Positions 48,670 to 59,177 of a DNA stretch of 64,000 bases are shown one piece after another (position 1 is the stretch's first letter; each line of letters starts with the position of its first letter). Both the position numbers and the translations under genes were made by a program. This DNA is from an uncultured virus (IMG/VR IMGVR_UViG_3300037296_000406). Lineage: Duplodnaviria; Heunggongvirae; Uroviricota; Caudoviricetes. Under the pieces are notes generated by a model, which saw only the letters and a program-made list of their open reading frames with translations, did no database searches and had not been told where the DNA came from. The stretch lies in the IMG/VR virus record IMGVR_UViG_3300037296_000406; one strand, given 5' to 3'.

Positions 48670-49194
48670 ATGAAAAAAATATTATATTTCTTTATTGTAC
48701 CTTTTATTATATCATGTGCTAGTTCTCAACAAGGGAAAGTAGATGCCCTAGAGCTTAAATTAGATAAATTGACTAAGTTGTTGGAAGATAAACCTGAAAA
48801 ACCTGAATCAAAAGAAAATGTCGAAGAAGTAAAGAAAATAGAGTCGCCTACAATCGTTTTAGAAATACCTAAAGTTAAAAAATCTCAATCTAATTCTATG
48901 AAAAGAAAAATTTCTTTAGGTATAAAAAATAATATAAAGTTTGATTTACTTTTTGATACCCACAGTTACTGGGTAGTGCTAACATCTGAAAATAAAAACG
49001 TATCTTTGGATGGAGTTATAACTATGGGAATAAGTCATGAAGACAAAAGTCCTGAATCTCATAATTTTTTTAAAATACGTGATGGAGTTTACCAATCTTA
49101 TGGTGAGAATTTAAAAGGTAAAGTTGAGTTTGAAATAATTTTCGCTCAAGGTAATAAAAAACCAATTGGATTTATCGTTGAAGCAGAACTTTAA
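48670..49194 (+). CDS. Hypothetical lipoprotein
   Basis: Lipobox IISC, short coiled coil, beta-rich C-terminus. Confidence 0.7.
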   Translation: MKKILYFFIVPFIISCASSQQGKVDALELKLDKLTKLLEDKPEKPESKENVEEVKKIESPTIVLEIPKVKKSQSNSMKRKISLGIKNNIKFDLLFDTHSYWVVLTSENKNVSLDGVITMGISHEDKSPESHNFFKIRDGVYQSYGENLKGKVEFEIIFAQGNKKPIGFIVEAEL

Positions 49195-49208
49195 AAAAAG
49201 GTAATAAC

Positions 49209-49847
49209 ATGAAATATCTATTAATAATTTTGACATTTAGTTCTCTTGCGTATTCTCAGAATCAAGAATTTTCTTTTGAAAATAAATTACAAAAACTTGA
49301 AGATGAGCGATTAAGAATAAGAAGTGGTGAAGATGTTATATCACAACCAAGCGTTACTGAAGTTACTGGCTTAGAAAAAGATCGAGGTCCTATTGGGATT
49401 ACTTCAGAATGGAGCTATTATTACTTGCTCATAGGTAAACCTATTATAAACTATGATGACGAAAAACTTTTTGGTAGTAGTTTAGCTTTTGGACACAAAA
49501 GACTTGCTAATTCTTTTCTATATGGAGTTGAATATAACTTTAGTAAATTAAATGATATTCTAAGTTTACAAGATATTGGTATTCAACTAGGATTTCAAAC
49601 GATCTGGAAGCATAGATTTCAGCCTTTTATTACTTTTAATTTTGGAACTTCTTCTTTAGAAGAACATACATTAAACAAAACTTTCAATGGATATAAAACT
49701 GGTTTAGATGTCGGAATAAATTTGAATCCTTATTCTATGTTTAAACTTTTTACTGGAATGAGATATAACACATACAATTTTGAGAAATTAGAAAGTGGGG
49801 AAGTAAGTACTCAAGAATTTTATATTACTTTAGGAATAGATATTTAA
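49209..49847 (+). CDS. Putative small outer-membrane beta-barrel protein
   Basis: Signal peptide; strands YGVEYN, QPFITFNFG, FTGMRYN; C-terminal FYITLGIDI. Confidence 0.6.
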   Translation: MKYLLIILTFSSLAYSQNQEFSFENKLQKLEDERLRIRSGEDVISQPSVTEVTGLEKDRGPIGITSEWSYYYLLIGKPIINYDDEKLFGSSLAFGHKRLANSFLYGVEYNFSKLNDILSLQDIGIQLGFQTIWKHRFQPFITFNFGTSSLEEHTLNKTFNGYKTGLDVGINLNPYSMFKLFTGMRYNTYNFEKLESGEVSTQEFYITLGIDI

Positions 49848-52800
49848 AAAATGCCTTCTAAGTCAATATAATCTATTTTCAATTCATTAGTCCCTGTTAC
49901 ATTATCCTTTCCTCGTCCTCTTCCTTCTGTTGAATCTATACCTAATTGACCAAAAGAATTTCTTCCCCAACATTTAGATGTATCGTCATTCAAGATTACG
50001 CAATTAAATTCTCTACCAGCCGAGATTGATTTAACAAAACCGTTAGTTCCCAAATCTACAGGATTTAAATTAAATCCCATCTGTTCTAAGGATATTCCAT
50101 ATTCGTCAACGCCTTGACCATAACCTAATTGACCACCAGTGTTTTGACCAAAACATTTAACATCATTTGACTGGCTAACTACACAAGTATGTTCATCACC
50201 TAAATCAAAATCTATAGGAATTTCGGCTCCACCAATATCAGTGAAATCTGCAAGAACATTATTGTCAGTTAGTAAGCCGTCGATAAACTCAATAGTATCC
50301 GAACCTATTTTTAGATAGATATAGCCTATCAAACCTTCAAAATGACCTGAAGCTCTTTGAGGTCCTTCTAGAGATGAATCATCAAATGTGGAACCAATAA
50401 CTATAGGAGCATCGGTGTTATTCGATAAATTTAATCCTGTTAAATCTTGAATAGAATTTCCTGACGATAAATTAGTGTTTACAGTAATATCTTTCCATCC
50501 TAAACCAATATCTCTATAAAACTTTATCTTATTTATTCCTTCTTCAGTTGTTCTTTGAATTCTTATTTTTTGAAACCCTGTATCTATAATTTGTGATTCC
50601 GCAACAATTCCAAATTCTTCTGAATAGAATACCAATCTCTTACTTGGATCTATATAAGCAATCCACCCACCTGTAATATTAACGATGCCTGCTAATTCAC
50701 TTAATCCTATTTTAGAAATTAAAGGTCTTTTTATTCCTAAACCTTTTGGGTCTATTTCCATATCAATTACGAAATCTTCTGTTCCAATATTCGTATTAGG
50801 TAAATCTTCTAATTGAATTCTATTTTGAGCCGAAGATTCGAAACTTAACATTTTTTGATGCAGTGCTCTAAAATTAGGTAGTTCATTTTTAGGAACATAA
50901 GCTTCTTCCAATAATAAAAGGTTAGAAACATTTGGAGTAATTTCATCTACACTAATAAATTCAAAATTTAAATCTAAAGGTAATTGAACTAATATTTCAT
51001 CTTTAAGTTCCATTTCTATATTATCAAGAAAAACCTCTTCGGAGGTACTCGATATTATTGATGAAACAATTTCAAATTTAATATTACTGCTTGGAGCAAT
51101 AAACTCATGTCTTAAAGTTCCTGTATCATTCATTGTTACAGAATCAAAAGATTCATAACCGAATCCATTATTTTTAAAAAAGTTTACTGTAATAGGAACA
51201 CTAGAAAGAGGATTCTTAAATAATTCCATCTGTTCAATTGTTGCGCTCAAATATTTATCAACATACCAATCTATATATACTATATCTTGGAATCCTAATA
51301 GTTGAAAAGATACTGTAGTAAATCCTTCAGATAATTTATCCGAAGAATATATAATATTAAAGTTCTCATCTAATATTTTAAAATAAGGTTGACCTTGTGC
51401 GTTTTCAACTTTAAATTTATAAGTATACGTTCTTGATGGTTCTAATTGTTCTATAGGAAATGTTCTTCGTCTAGATACCTGATTTACTGCTGGATCAGAA
51501 CCTATTTCAATAGAAACACCGTTGCCTGAACCCGAACCTGATAATTGCTCCCAAACTAAACTAGAATCAAGTAAGTTCGATGATGCTGAAGCTATGTTTT
51601 GTCTTAAATCCATTGAAAAGTTATATGTTTTATCATTTTTTATAAAATTGAATTCTTGACGTAAACCATTGCCTCCACCTCTAACAGAAGCTTCTTCATT
51701 TATAATAGAAGGACTTATTGTTCCAATTGTATCCCAATTATTAATACCACTAGAAAAATCAGAGTTCTTAACTAATTGAGTAGATACTATTCCACCTCCA
51801 CCTCTTCCAAGCTGACCATAATCATTTTTACCCCAACAGAAAAATTTATCGAATGAACCATCGAAAAATGTCATACAATTATGGTCTCCACCAGATTTTA
51901 GTTTATATATTTCTATAGTTTGTATTGATGTTGACGTTGCAATTTTTTTATCTGTTAAGTCATTAATTAATGATAATTGTCCATTATTATTTCTTCCCCA
52001 ACATTGAAGAGCGTCTAAACCTTGACCTGTTTCAACAATTGAACATGTATGGTAATTTCCTGAAGAAATATCATGAATAGAACCTTCTCTAGTAGTACCT
52101 AAACCGACGTCATTGAAAGATATTATTCCTTCAACCCAAGGAAGATTATCGCCCATAGATGCAGGACTTGAACCAAAGTTTACACTCTGGTTATTACCTA
52201 ATTGTCCATATTGGTTTCTTCCCCAACATTTAACTCTATTTCTTGTACCAAATTCTGATACCTTAATTAACGCACATGTATGTTCTAATCCTGCCACTAA
52301 CTTAACAACTTCATAACCTAAAGATTCATCAAAAAGTTGTACCTTAGGCAAGAAAGAACCCATCTCATTTATTCCATCTCCAAATGATGCGTTAGAATCT
52401 ATTGCGTCTAAGCCTAAACCTAATTTTCCATAAGAGTTATCTCCCCAACATTTAACTTCTTTATTACTTAAAAGTGAACAGACATGGTTTCCGCCGATAG
52501 CTAATTGAGAAACAGTAACTCCAAAGTAATCAGGATTACTTGAATCAAATATATTTATTGGTTGTATTGATGCCATTTCATTAGAGCTTTCTCCTATAGA
52601 CGATACTGCAACTCCTTGACCTAATTGACCAGTATCATTTCTTCCCCAACACTTAACAGAATTGTCCTTTAGTATACCACAAGAAGTTTGTCCTCCAGTA
52701 TATAATTTTTCAAATTCAGCAACGCTACCAGATACGTCTTGTAACTTAACGAGTTCTAAATCTTCTCCCATTTTAGGGTCACCTCCAGCAAATCCCGGAC

Positions 52801-55800
52801 GACCTTTTGGAGTTATTAATGCAGAGACTTTTCCATCAATTGAAACATAATTAGCAGAATTATAATCGCTAACTAAAAATTCAATAGGAGTTTGAGCTGT
52901 TTGTGCATCATTAGCTATATTTTCTCCGACCAACTCCCACTCTATAGACTGATAATTAAATAGATACAATTCTACACCTGATTCAATAATAGTACCTTCA
53001 GGTCTATATGTCTGAGATTGACCATAAGCATATAAGTTTATTTTTAATTCTTTTATAAAATTTTTAGTTTCACTTTCTAAGTTAAAAGTTACTTTAATGT
53101 ATTGCTTTTCATCTCTATTCATATCCCAAAAAAATATTCTAGAATCTTCTTGTCCGGGTTCACCTCTAGCGTAACCAAAGGTTCTACCTAGCTCAGAATT
53201 ATATTCTAACTGATACATTGTCTTAAAATCACTAATTCCTGCAATCGGTAAATCCGATAAAGTTTCATCGTAAGGATTAAATTTTTTGAAGAAGTTTGTT
53301 TCAGGAATATAAAAATAAGCACTTTGAGTTGCTGTATGCCAAAAAGAATTAATATTCTTGACGTTCCTTGCAGAAAAAACATAATTACTTAATGTTTGAG
53401 TGTTTGGATTATTTACCAAATCTTTCCATGATGTTCCTAAGTTAGAATAAATCCCATTAGGAACAAAGTTACATAAATCACAAATTCTATTCCAAACTTT
53501 ATCTTCTTGACTTAAATCCATTTTCCATAAATCATCTTTTGAACTCCACTTAGAATCATCATCTTTATCTTGCTGAAGTCCTCCAACTAAATATAGATTA
53601 TTTACCTCGGGTATAAATAGTAATCCATTCTGATATCTTTTCCCGGGTTTTCCCAATCCTAATTCATCAGGGTCAAAAATAGATGGGTCTGGAAGAACTG
53701 TAGTCTTACTCCATTTTAGAGAACTACCGCTCCAAATATAGAAATCATCTTTTGCTATACCATCTCCAGATAAGGACAAACCTCCGTAAGAATATAAATT
53801 ATCATCACTGCTCTCCATTGACATATATCCTCTTGGAGATGGTCTGTCTCCGATGTCTGTTTGAGACTGTGAATCATATTCAGATACTACTACACCAATA
53901 GAGGTATCTAATATTCTTGATAGAACAGTTGTTTGTGAAGAATTCTGAGAGGTGTATTGACTAGAAGATTGTTCAATAACAGTTGTTCCTCCGAACATAA
54001 CAGCTTGGTCCCAATTTCTCATATACCCTATTGAGACACCATCTGTAGAAAAAGTATCATGAATATTTTGAGTTGTTAATTCTTTCATAGATATATCATC
54101 TATCTTTATTGAAGCCATACTTCCACTTCCTTTTGTCGAAAAATACAATCTTATCGTATCCGTATTTGATGGAGGCAGGAATACCAGTCGTTGTTGAACG
54201 TTAACGTCATCTGTAGAATAATTATTTCTAATGATAGTTGGGTTGGGTAACGAGTATCCTGATTGCCCAATAGAGCTAGCATTTTCCTTTACATAACCTA
54301 TTTCTAAAAAACTATTATCAGTAATACCTATCATCGACTTTATTGTAAAAACAATAATATATCTTTTGTCTGAAGATACAGTTATTGGACTACTAACTGC
54401 AAAATTTTTATTTGATGAATTATCTTCTGGATCAACAAAAAGTTGATTATCAATCCATAAAGAACCTGTATAATCACTGCTATATTTTACTCCTGTAGAT
54501 GTTTGAGAAGTTCCCTCAAAATCATCCCAAAAATCTAATTCTTTTTGTGGGGAAAAATCGCCATTCAAAACTAACTCTTCTAAATTATTTACTTGAGGAC
54601 TATCTAATGTAAAGTCAAAGTTAGAACCATATTTATATAAAGGAGAATAAGTACCGTCTGGTTGTATGCAAAAATTGAAAATTAAAAAACTTCCTGCAGT
54701 AAAACCACAATTCCAATTAAAATATGGAAAATTATCACTTAAACTAAATTTTGTTGCAGGTCTATCACTATATTTTAAAAAACCATAATAATTAGAATCT
54801 AAGTTTGCCATAGGAACGCCATCTTTAATGATTCCCCACTTTCTATCTACGTTTGGATTATACTGAGCACTTGAATGTAAAAAATTAAAGTCTACTTGAT
54901 TTTGAGAAGTTTCATATTTTACTCTTGATTTTTCATAACTCCACACGTCTAAACTTGAACTAGCGCCTGCAATTGTTGCATCTATTTTAATATTTCCTCT
55001 TTGATTTGCACCAACTAAAAGAAAGCTTGAACGTCCAAAACTGTCTGTATAAATAACCGAATTATTTTCAGGAACAACACCAGAAACATTGAATCCATTA
55101 CTAATCGATATTTGAATTGGACTATTTTCTGCAACTATATTACCAAATTCATCAACTATGGGACCAAGATTGACTCCTGTCTGAGTAGGAATATCTATTC
55201 CTTCAGGAGGATTATTGTTTGAATATATAGAATTAACTCCTGATACCATATTAAATTGACCATAAGCTGGTCCAGAAACTAAACTAACAACTGAAGTTCC
55301 ATTGGCTTTATAACCTACAATTTCGTTAAATTCATTTAATATTTCACCTGAGTAAACTTTTAATTGAATATCAGAAGCTGTTGTTCCTGCAGTAACTCTT
55401 ACAAAAGCTGTTCCCCCAATGGATATAGTTTTTTTTATTTTTGGATTGTTTCCCGCGCTAACAGAAGCATCTCCGACAACCTCAAATATAACTTCAGTAC
55501 CATCTTCAATGATGTTGTTATACTGGTCGTAGATAACTTCCGTTGTTATTATAGTTTGAGTCTGACCATTTGCAGGAATATTATTTATAAAAGATTTAAT
55601 CGATATTGTACCAAAAGCATCCCCTGCTGTAATTGGAAAACTTAAATAACCAGATGCTTGCTCAGAAACTAAAGAAATAATTGCTTCGCCCTTAATTGTT
55701 CTTGTTCTTATCCTAAAAGATATTTTTCCTTCAGAGTCTGTATCGAAAGAATTTCCATCTAAGCTTAATAAGTTAGAATTAACGGTTAGAAAAATTCTTG

Positions 55801-56626
55801 TTCCTTCACTAACTTTATTTCCAAAAGAATCTTTAATCTCTTTAGTTTTGAAAAGAAATTCCTCTCCTTCTGAGTCCATTTTAAAAGGAGTATTTTCAAA
55901 AGAAATAAGACCCGAAGCTGAGCTGGGCTCAACCGTTGAAACATAGTCTATATTTACAAAGCCCCCGTCAATAGATTGAATTGTTATTTGTCCAGAATTA
56001 GTTCCAGCTTCAGTAAGTCTGGCTTCTAAATTAACTTTACAACTTTGTTTAGATGCAATAAATGCACCGCATCGATTCAAACCTACTTGAATATAACTTG
56101 GCATTATGAATTCTGGAGATGTTATAGATAAATCCCCTAAATTTGTTATCGTAATATTTTTAGTCTTTGTTGTTCCAGCAACAGATGTTCCAATATCCCA
56201 AACAGAACTATCAACAATTAGAAATCCATTTTTCAATCCGACACCTTTAAAGTTTAGAATCTTATCTCCAAAAGTTAAGTCTAAAAAAAACTCTCCTTCA
56301 ACGATAGGTTCAAATTTAATAGAAACAATACAAGACTGACCTATTGCCAATTTTCTTCCAAGACAAGCTTGAGATACTGAACTTAATAGAAATGGTTGTG
56401 GTATTGTTAGATTAATATCTAAAATTTCTTGTGAATTATTTGTAACCTTAATTGAAGTACTTTTATCTGAACCGAGAATTACTCCTCCAAAATCAGAAAT
56501 AGTAGCTTCAACAGAAACTTCAAAAATTTCTTGTGAGCTTTCTTCAACTTCTTTAGCACAAGAGCTTAAAAGAAATATCGAAGATAATGCTATTAGAATT
56601 AATAAGTTATTTTTAAATTTAATCAC
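49844..56626 (-). CDS. Giant surface lipoprotein with Ig-like, Kelch, carbohydrate-binding-like, RCC1 and LamG-like modules
   Basis: Lipobox LSSC; Ig-like domains; DxFGN repeats; Kelch YSYGG/YLVGG; RCC1 repeats (HTC...KCWGRNxxGQLG); LVLNGDF/LVKNSDF CBM-like starts; IVIGS...HFEGLI LamG-like. Confidence 0.8.
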   Translation of the reverse strand: MIKFKNNLLILIALSSIFLLSSCAKEVEESSQEIFEVSVEATISDFGGVILGSDKSTSIKVTNNSQEILDINLTIPQPFLLSSVSQACLGRKLAIGQSCIVSIKFEPIVEGEFFLDLTFGDKILNFKGVGLKNGFLIVDSSVWDIGTSVAGTTKTKNITITNLGDLSITSPEFIMPSYIQVGLNRCGAFIASKQSCKVNLEARLTEAGTNSGQITIQSIDGGFVNIDYVSTVEPSSASGLISFENTPFKMDSEGEEFLFKTKEIKDSFGNKVSEGTRIFLTVNSNLLSLDGNSFDTDSEGKISFRIRTRTIKGEAIISLVSEQASGYLSFPITAGDAFGTISIKSFINNIPANGQTQTIITTEVIYDQYNNIIEDGTEVIFEVVGDASVSAGNNPKIKKTISIGGTAFVRVTAGTTASDIQLKVYSGEILNEFNEIVGYKANGTSVVSLVSGPAYGQFNMVSGVNSIYSNNNPPEGIDIPTQTGVNLGPIVDEFGNIVAENSPIQISISNGFNVSGVVPENNSVIYTDSFGRSSFLLVGANQRGNIKIDATIAGASSSLDVWSYEKSRVKYETSQNQVDFNFLHSSAQYNPNVDRKWGIIKDGVPMANLDSNYYGFLKYSDRPATKFSLSDNFPYFNWNCGFTAGSFLIFNFCIQPDGTYSPLYKYGSNFDFTLDSPQVNNLEELVLNGDFSPQKELDFWDDFEGTSQTSTGVKYSSDYTGSLWIDNQLFVDPEDNSSNKNFAVSSPITVSSDKRYIIVFTIKSMIGITDNSFLEIGYVKENASSIGQSGYSLPNPTIIRNNYSTDDVNVQQRLVFLPPSNTDTIRLYFSTKGSGSMASIKIDDISMKELTTQNIHDTFSTDGVSIGYMRNWDQAVMFGGTTVIEQSSSQYTSQNSSQTTVLSRILDTSIGVVVSEYDSQSQTDIGDRPSPRGYMSMESSDDNLYSYGGLSLSGDGIAKDDFYIWSGSSLKWSKTTVLPDPSIFDPDELGLGKPGKRYQNGLLFIPEVNNLYLVGGLQQDKDDDSKWSSKDDLWKMDLSQEDKVWNRICDLCNFVPNGIYSNLGTSWKDLVNNPNTQTLSNYVFSARNVKNINSFWHTATQSAYFYIPETNFFKKFNPYDETLSDLPIAGISDFKTMYQLEYNSELGRTFGYARGEPGQEDSRIFFWDMNRDEKQYIKVTFNLESETKNFIKELKINLYAYGQSQTYRPEGTIIESGVELYLFNYQSIEWELVGENIANDAQTAQTPIEFLVSDYNSANYVSIDGKVSALITPKGRPGFAGGDPKMGEDLELVKLQDVSGSVAEFEKLYTGGQTSCGILKDNSVKCWGRNDTGQLGQGVAVSSIGESSNEMASIQPINIFDSSNPDYFGVTVSQLAIGGNHVCSLLSNKEVKCWGDNSYGKLGLGLDAIDSNASFGDGINEMGSFLPKVQLFDESLGYEVVKLVAGLEHTCALIKVSEFGTRNRVKCWGRNQYGQLGNNQSVNFGSSPASMGDNLPWVEGIISFNDVGLGTTREGSIHDISSGNYHTCSIVETGQGLDALQCWGRNNNGQLSLINDLTDKKIATSTSIQTIEIYKLKSGGDHNCMTFFDGSFDKFFCWGKNDYGQLGRGGGGIVSTQLVKNSDFSSGINNWDTIGTISPSIINEEASVRGGGNGLRQEFNFIKNDKTYNFSMDLRQNIASASSNLLDSSLVWEQLSGSGSGNGVSIEIGSDPAVNQVSRRRTFPIEQLEPSRTYTYKFKVENAQGQPYFKILDENFNIIYSSDKLSEGFTTVSFQLLGFQDIVYIDWYVDKYLSATIEQMELFKNPLSSVPITVNFFKNNGFGYESFDSVTMNDTGTLRHEFIAPSSNIKFEIVSSIISSTSEEVFLDNIEMELKDEILVQLPLDLNFEFISVDEITPNVSNLLLLEEAYVPKNELPNFRALHQKMLSFESSAQNRIQLEDLPNTNIGTEDFVIDMEIDPKGLGIKRPLISKIGLSELAGIVNITGGWIAYIDPSKRLVFYSEEFGIVAESQIIDTGFQKIRIQRTTEEGINKIKFYRDIGLGWKDITVNTNLSSGNSIQDLTGLNLSNNTDAPIVIGSTFDDSSLEGPQRASGHFEGLIGYIYLKIGSDTIEFIDGLLTDNNVLADFTDIGGAEIPIDFDLGDEHTCVVSQSNDVKCFGQNTGGQLGYGQGVDEYGISLEQMGFNLNPVDLGTNGFVKSISAGREFNCVILNDDTSKCWGRNSFGQLGIDSTEGRGRGKDNVTGTNELKIDYIDLEGIF

Positions 56627-56644
56627 TAAACTACTCCTATATAA

Positions 56645-56652
56645 TAAATGGG
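56645..56652 (-). promoter_or_regulatory. TCCATTTA-family motif (CCCATTTA)
   Basis: 18 nt upstream of GTG 56626, AGGAG SD in between. Confidence 0.6.
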
Positions 56653-56738
56653 GTATTTTAGTGATTATAAAGGCTGTTTAAATAAAAAAAATGCTTTTTT
56701 TAGGTTTTTTTATATTTAAGGTTAAAGGAATATTTTAT

Positions 56739-57239
56739 ATGGATATAAATGATATTATTAAAAATTTAAGTAAAAATATTTCATTCTTAGGAATAGATCC
56801 TAAAGAGCTAGAAAATGAAGATTTTTCTTGCTCAAAATCAGTTAAGTATTCAATATTTAAAGAAATGATAATTCTTGGGAATAACTACGATTTGAATGAA
56901 GTTATTATCGAAATAAATAGCAAAAAGAATACTATTAAACAAAAAATTCTTCTTAACTTTGTTGAAAACATCAATAAACTATTATTATATTGCAGTTCAA
57001 AAAAAGTTGAATACACAGAAATAAAAATAAATTTAGATAAAATGGAATTACATCTAGATGAAATAAACGGAAAAAGAGATTTCGACTTTTTATCTTTAGA
57101 TAATTTTAAATTAATAAAAGATTCTTTTTACGAAGGAGACCCTCTGGTTGAAGATCTTTTTCTAAATCTTTCTAATTTAGATTTGAGTCAACTGTGTAAG
57201 ATAAAGCAAGAGATATCTATTGAAAATAAAATATTTTAA
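56739..57239 (+). CDS. Hypothetical protein (start revised to ATG 56739)
   Basis: AAGGAA SD before 56739. Confidence 0.6.
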   Translation: MDINDIIKNLSKNISFLGIDPKELENEDFSCSKSVKYSIFKEMIILGNNYDLNEVIIEINSKKNTIKQKILLNFVENINKLLLYCSSKKVEYTEIKINLDKMELHLDEINGKRDFDFLSLDNFKLIKDSFYEGDPLVEDLFLNLSNLDLSQLCKIKQEISIENKIF

Positions 57240-57261
57240 CAATACAATATAGAGGTAAAAA

Positions 57262-57849
57262 ATGAAAAGAATATTAGATATGGATAGTTTTATTAAGGAG
57301 GCTGAAACAGCTTTTATTGATAGCATAGAGAATGATTCTAAAATTAAAATAAAACATAAAAAAAATAAACATGATATAACAATATGGATTAAAGAATCTT
57401 TAAGTGCTCTTATTGAAAAAAATAGTTCATCGGTAATTAAAAAAATAAACTTAAGAACAAACAAAAAGCTTACGAAACAAGAAGTATATACGTTAAAAAA
57501 ATCTTCTATGGACTTCATTACGTACAACTTCTTTAAAAAGAAGAACCAAGACTACTTCTCTAATAATTTTATAATAAAACTAAACTCTCAGAATGTTCCT
57601 GAAAACTTTCCCATAAAAATAAAAAATAATCAACTTATATATTTTTATATGAATTTTTATCCTTTAGCACTAATCAAATTAAGTAAAAATTCTTCTATCT
57701 TAGATCCAGTATCTGGAAATAGTTATATGATAGAAGAATATTATCAAAATAGTATAAGAGCTGATTTTATAGCTCCTTTAGATAAAGGTAACGTTTCTTT
57801 AGAATATCCATTATTTTTCGGATACATAATTTTAAATAAAGAAAAATAA
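57262..57849 (+). CDS. Hypothetical protein
   Basis: 195-aa ORF with GAGG SD. Confidence 0.65.
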   Translation: MKRILDMDSFIKEAETAFIDSIENDSKIKIKHKKNKHDITIWIKESLSALIEKNSSSVIKKINLRTNKKLTKQEVYTLKKSSMDFITYNFFKKKNQDYFSNNFIIKLNSQNVPENFPIKIKNNQLIYFYMNFYPLALIKLSKNSSILDPVSGNSYMIEEYYQNSIRADFIAPLDKGNVSLEYPLFFGYIILNKEK

Positions 57850-57859
57850 TACTAAAGAA

Positions 57860-58504
57860 TTATGAAATCTTTTCTCTTTCTTCTAGTTTATTCTTGAAAA
57901 ATCTTTCTAGTTCTTTTCTATCATCTTTCTCGTTATCTCTTCTTCTTTTCTGAGATTCTCTCATTAATCTTTTTGTTTCATCCGTAGCAGTTGAACCTGT
58001 TCTTCTTTGCTTTGTCCACCACGATGTCGGATAAAAATGTCCAGTTTCTTTTACAGATTTATAAGTATTTAATTGAGCCCTTGTTGGAGTATATATCTGT
58101 GTATCGCCATCTTCATCAATAAAAGATATTACGATATGTTTTCTTGACCAAGGCTTTAAACTTGATGCAGTGTACCCATATTCTTTCATAGTGAGTTCGT
58201 CATCAGCTTCAGGCGGTAGTGGTAAATGAGTTTTTCCAGAGGAAACTGTAGCTTTCCCTCGCCTATGTGCATGTGAGCATACTTGACAGAGAGAGTCTTT
58301 ACCCTCTTTTTTAGCTTTTTCTTCTTTTTGTCTAGCATAATTATAAACGAATTCTCTTTCGCTAACATCGGATGGAGCATCACAATTGACATTATCACAT
58401 TTCCAAATAACTTTTTGATTTGTTGTTTTAGATACTCTAGAAGATCCTTTTGCAAATTCCATATCAGTCAAAGATCTTTCTTCTGTTTTTTTCCAGTCAA
58501 TCAT
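57860..58504 (-). CDS. Zn-ribbon plus NUMOD3-like putative DNA-binding protein
   Basis: KVIWKCDNVNC...CQVC; TDETKRLMRESQK resembles NUMOD3; AAGGAG SD. Confidence 0.45.
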   Translation of the reverse strand: MIDWKKTEERSLTDMEFAKGSSRVSKTTNQKVIWKCDNVNCDAPSDVSEREFVYNYARQKEEKAKKEGKDSLCQVCSHAHRRGKATVSSGKTHLPLPPEADDELTMKEYGYTASSLKPWSRKHIVISFIDEDGDTQIYTPTRAQLNTYKSVKETGHFYPTSWWTKQRRTGSTATDETKRLMRESQKRRRDNEKDDRKELERFFKNKLEEREKIS

Positions 58505-58601
58505 AAATAACTCCTTTACTTTTGATTTCTTATAATAGAAAATATACCTATTAAAATAAAAAAATATAAAAATTAGTATTTTAGACTTGTTAATTTAGTG
58601 T

Positions 58602-59090
58602 TTACATTATAGGAATGTCATACTTTTCGATTAATAATGAGATCAATGAAGAGATATCTTCTTTAATTGCTAGATTAAATACGGGAATATTATTATCTCT
58701 AGAATAAATAATCGCGGTTCTTGTTCCTCCGATATCTTTTCCATTTCTTGTCCAACATATAAGAAAAGATGATGGGAGTTCAAGACTTAAACCCATTACT
58801 TGGTATAAATTTCTAGTATGTAACTTCTTAGCAAATTCAGAACATCTATCCCAAGCTGGGTGTATTTTTTCAGTAATATGGAAATGTTCAGTTTTTGAAT
58901 GATTTGCATTATATTCTTCTACATTAGAACTGTTTGTTGTCCCTTTTATAAAAGCAGAATCTGCACCCTTAGCATCTCCAGTTCTTAAAATAAAATTATG
59001 TTTTTCAAGTACTGAAGATATTTTTGTCATAATTTCCAATATTTCTTTAGGAGTATCTCTACTTCCGACTCCTGTATAGTAATTCGACAT
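58602..59090 (-). CDS. SLOG-superfamily (DprA/Smf-like) protein, phage type
   Basis: YTGVGSRDTP; LRTGDAKGADSAF; TRN..QVMG; ICWT; GGTRTAI; IPVFNL. Confidence 0.75.
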   Translation of the reverse strand: MSNYYTGVGSRDTPKEILEIMTKISSVLEKHNFILRTGDAKGADSAFIKGTTNSSNVEEYNANHSKTEHFHITEKIHPAWDRCSEFAKKLHTRNLYQVMGLSLELPSSFLICWTRNGKDIGGTRTAIIYSRDNNIPVFNLAIKEDISSLISLLIEKYDIPIM

Positions 59091-59116
59091 ATATCTCCTA
59101 GGCTCTTATTTAAAAA

Positions 59117-59124
59117 TAAATGGT
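59117..59124 (-). promoter_or_regulatory. TCCATTTA-family motif (ACCATTTA)
   Basis: 26 nt upstream of ATG 59090, AGGAG SD in between. Confidence 0.6.
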
Positions 59125-59162
59125 TTTTATTCATGGATTACATATGTTTTTTTATTTAAAAA

Positions 59163-59170
59163 TCCATTTA
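59163..59170 (+). promoter_or_regulatory. TCCATTTA motif
   Basis: 7 nt before ATG 59178, no SD; divergent partner of the 59117 copy. Confidence 0.7.
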
Positions 59171-59177
59171 TTACTTT

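Noticed and set aside
24048..56652. TCCATTTA/CCCATTTA as a host sigma32 (RpoH) -10 element (CCCCATNT)
   Set aside because: The resemblance is real, but no TTGAAA-like -35 at 13-14 nt in the copies inspected and most targets are not heat-shock genes; not fully excluded.
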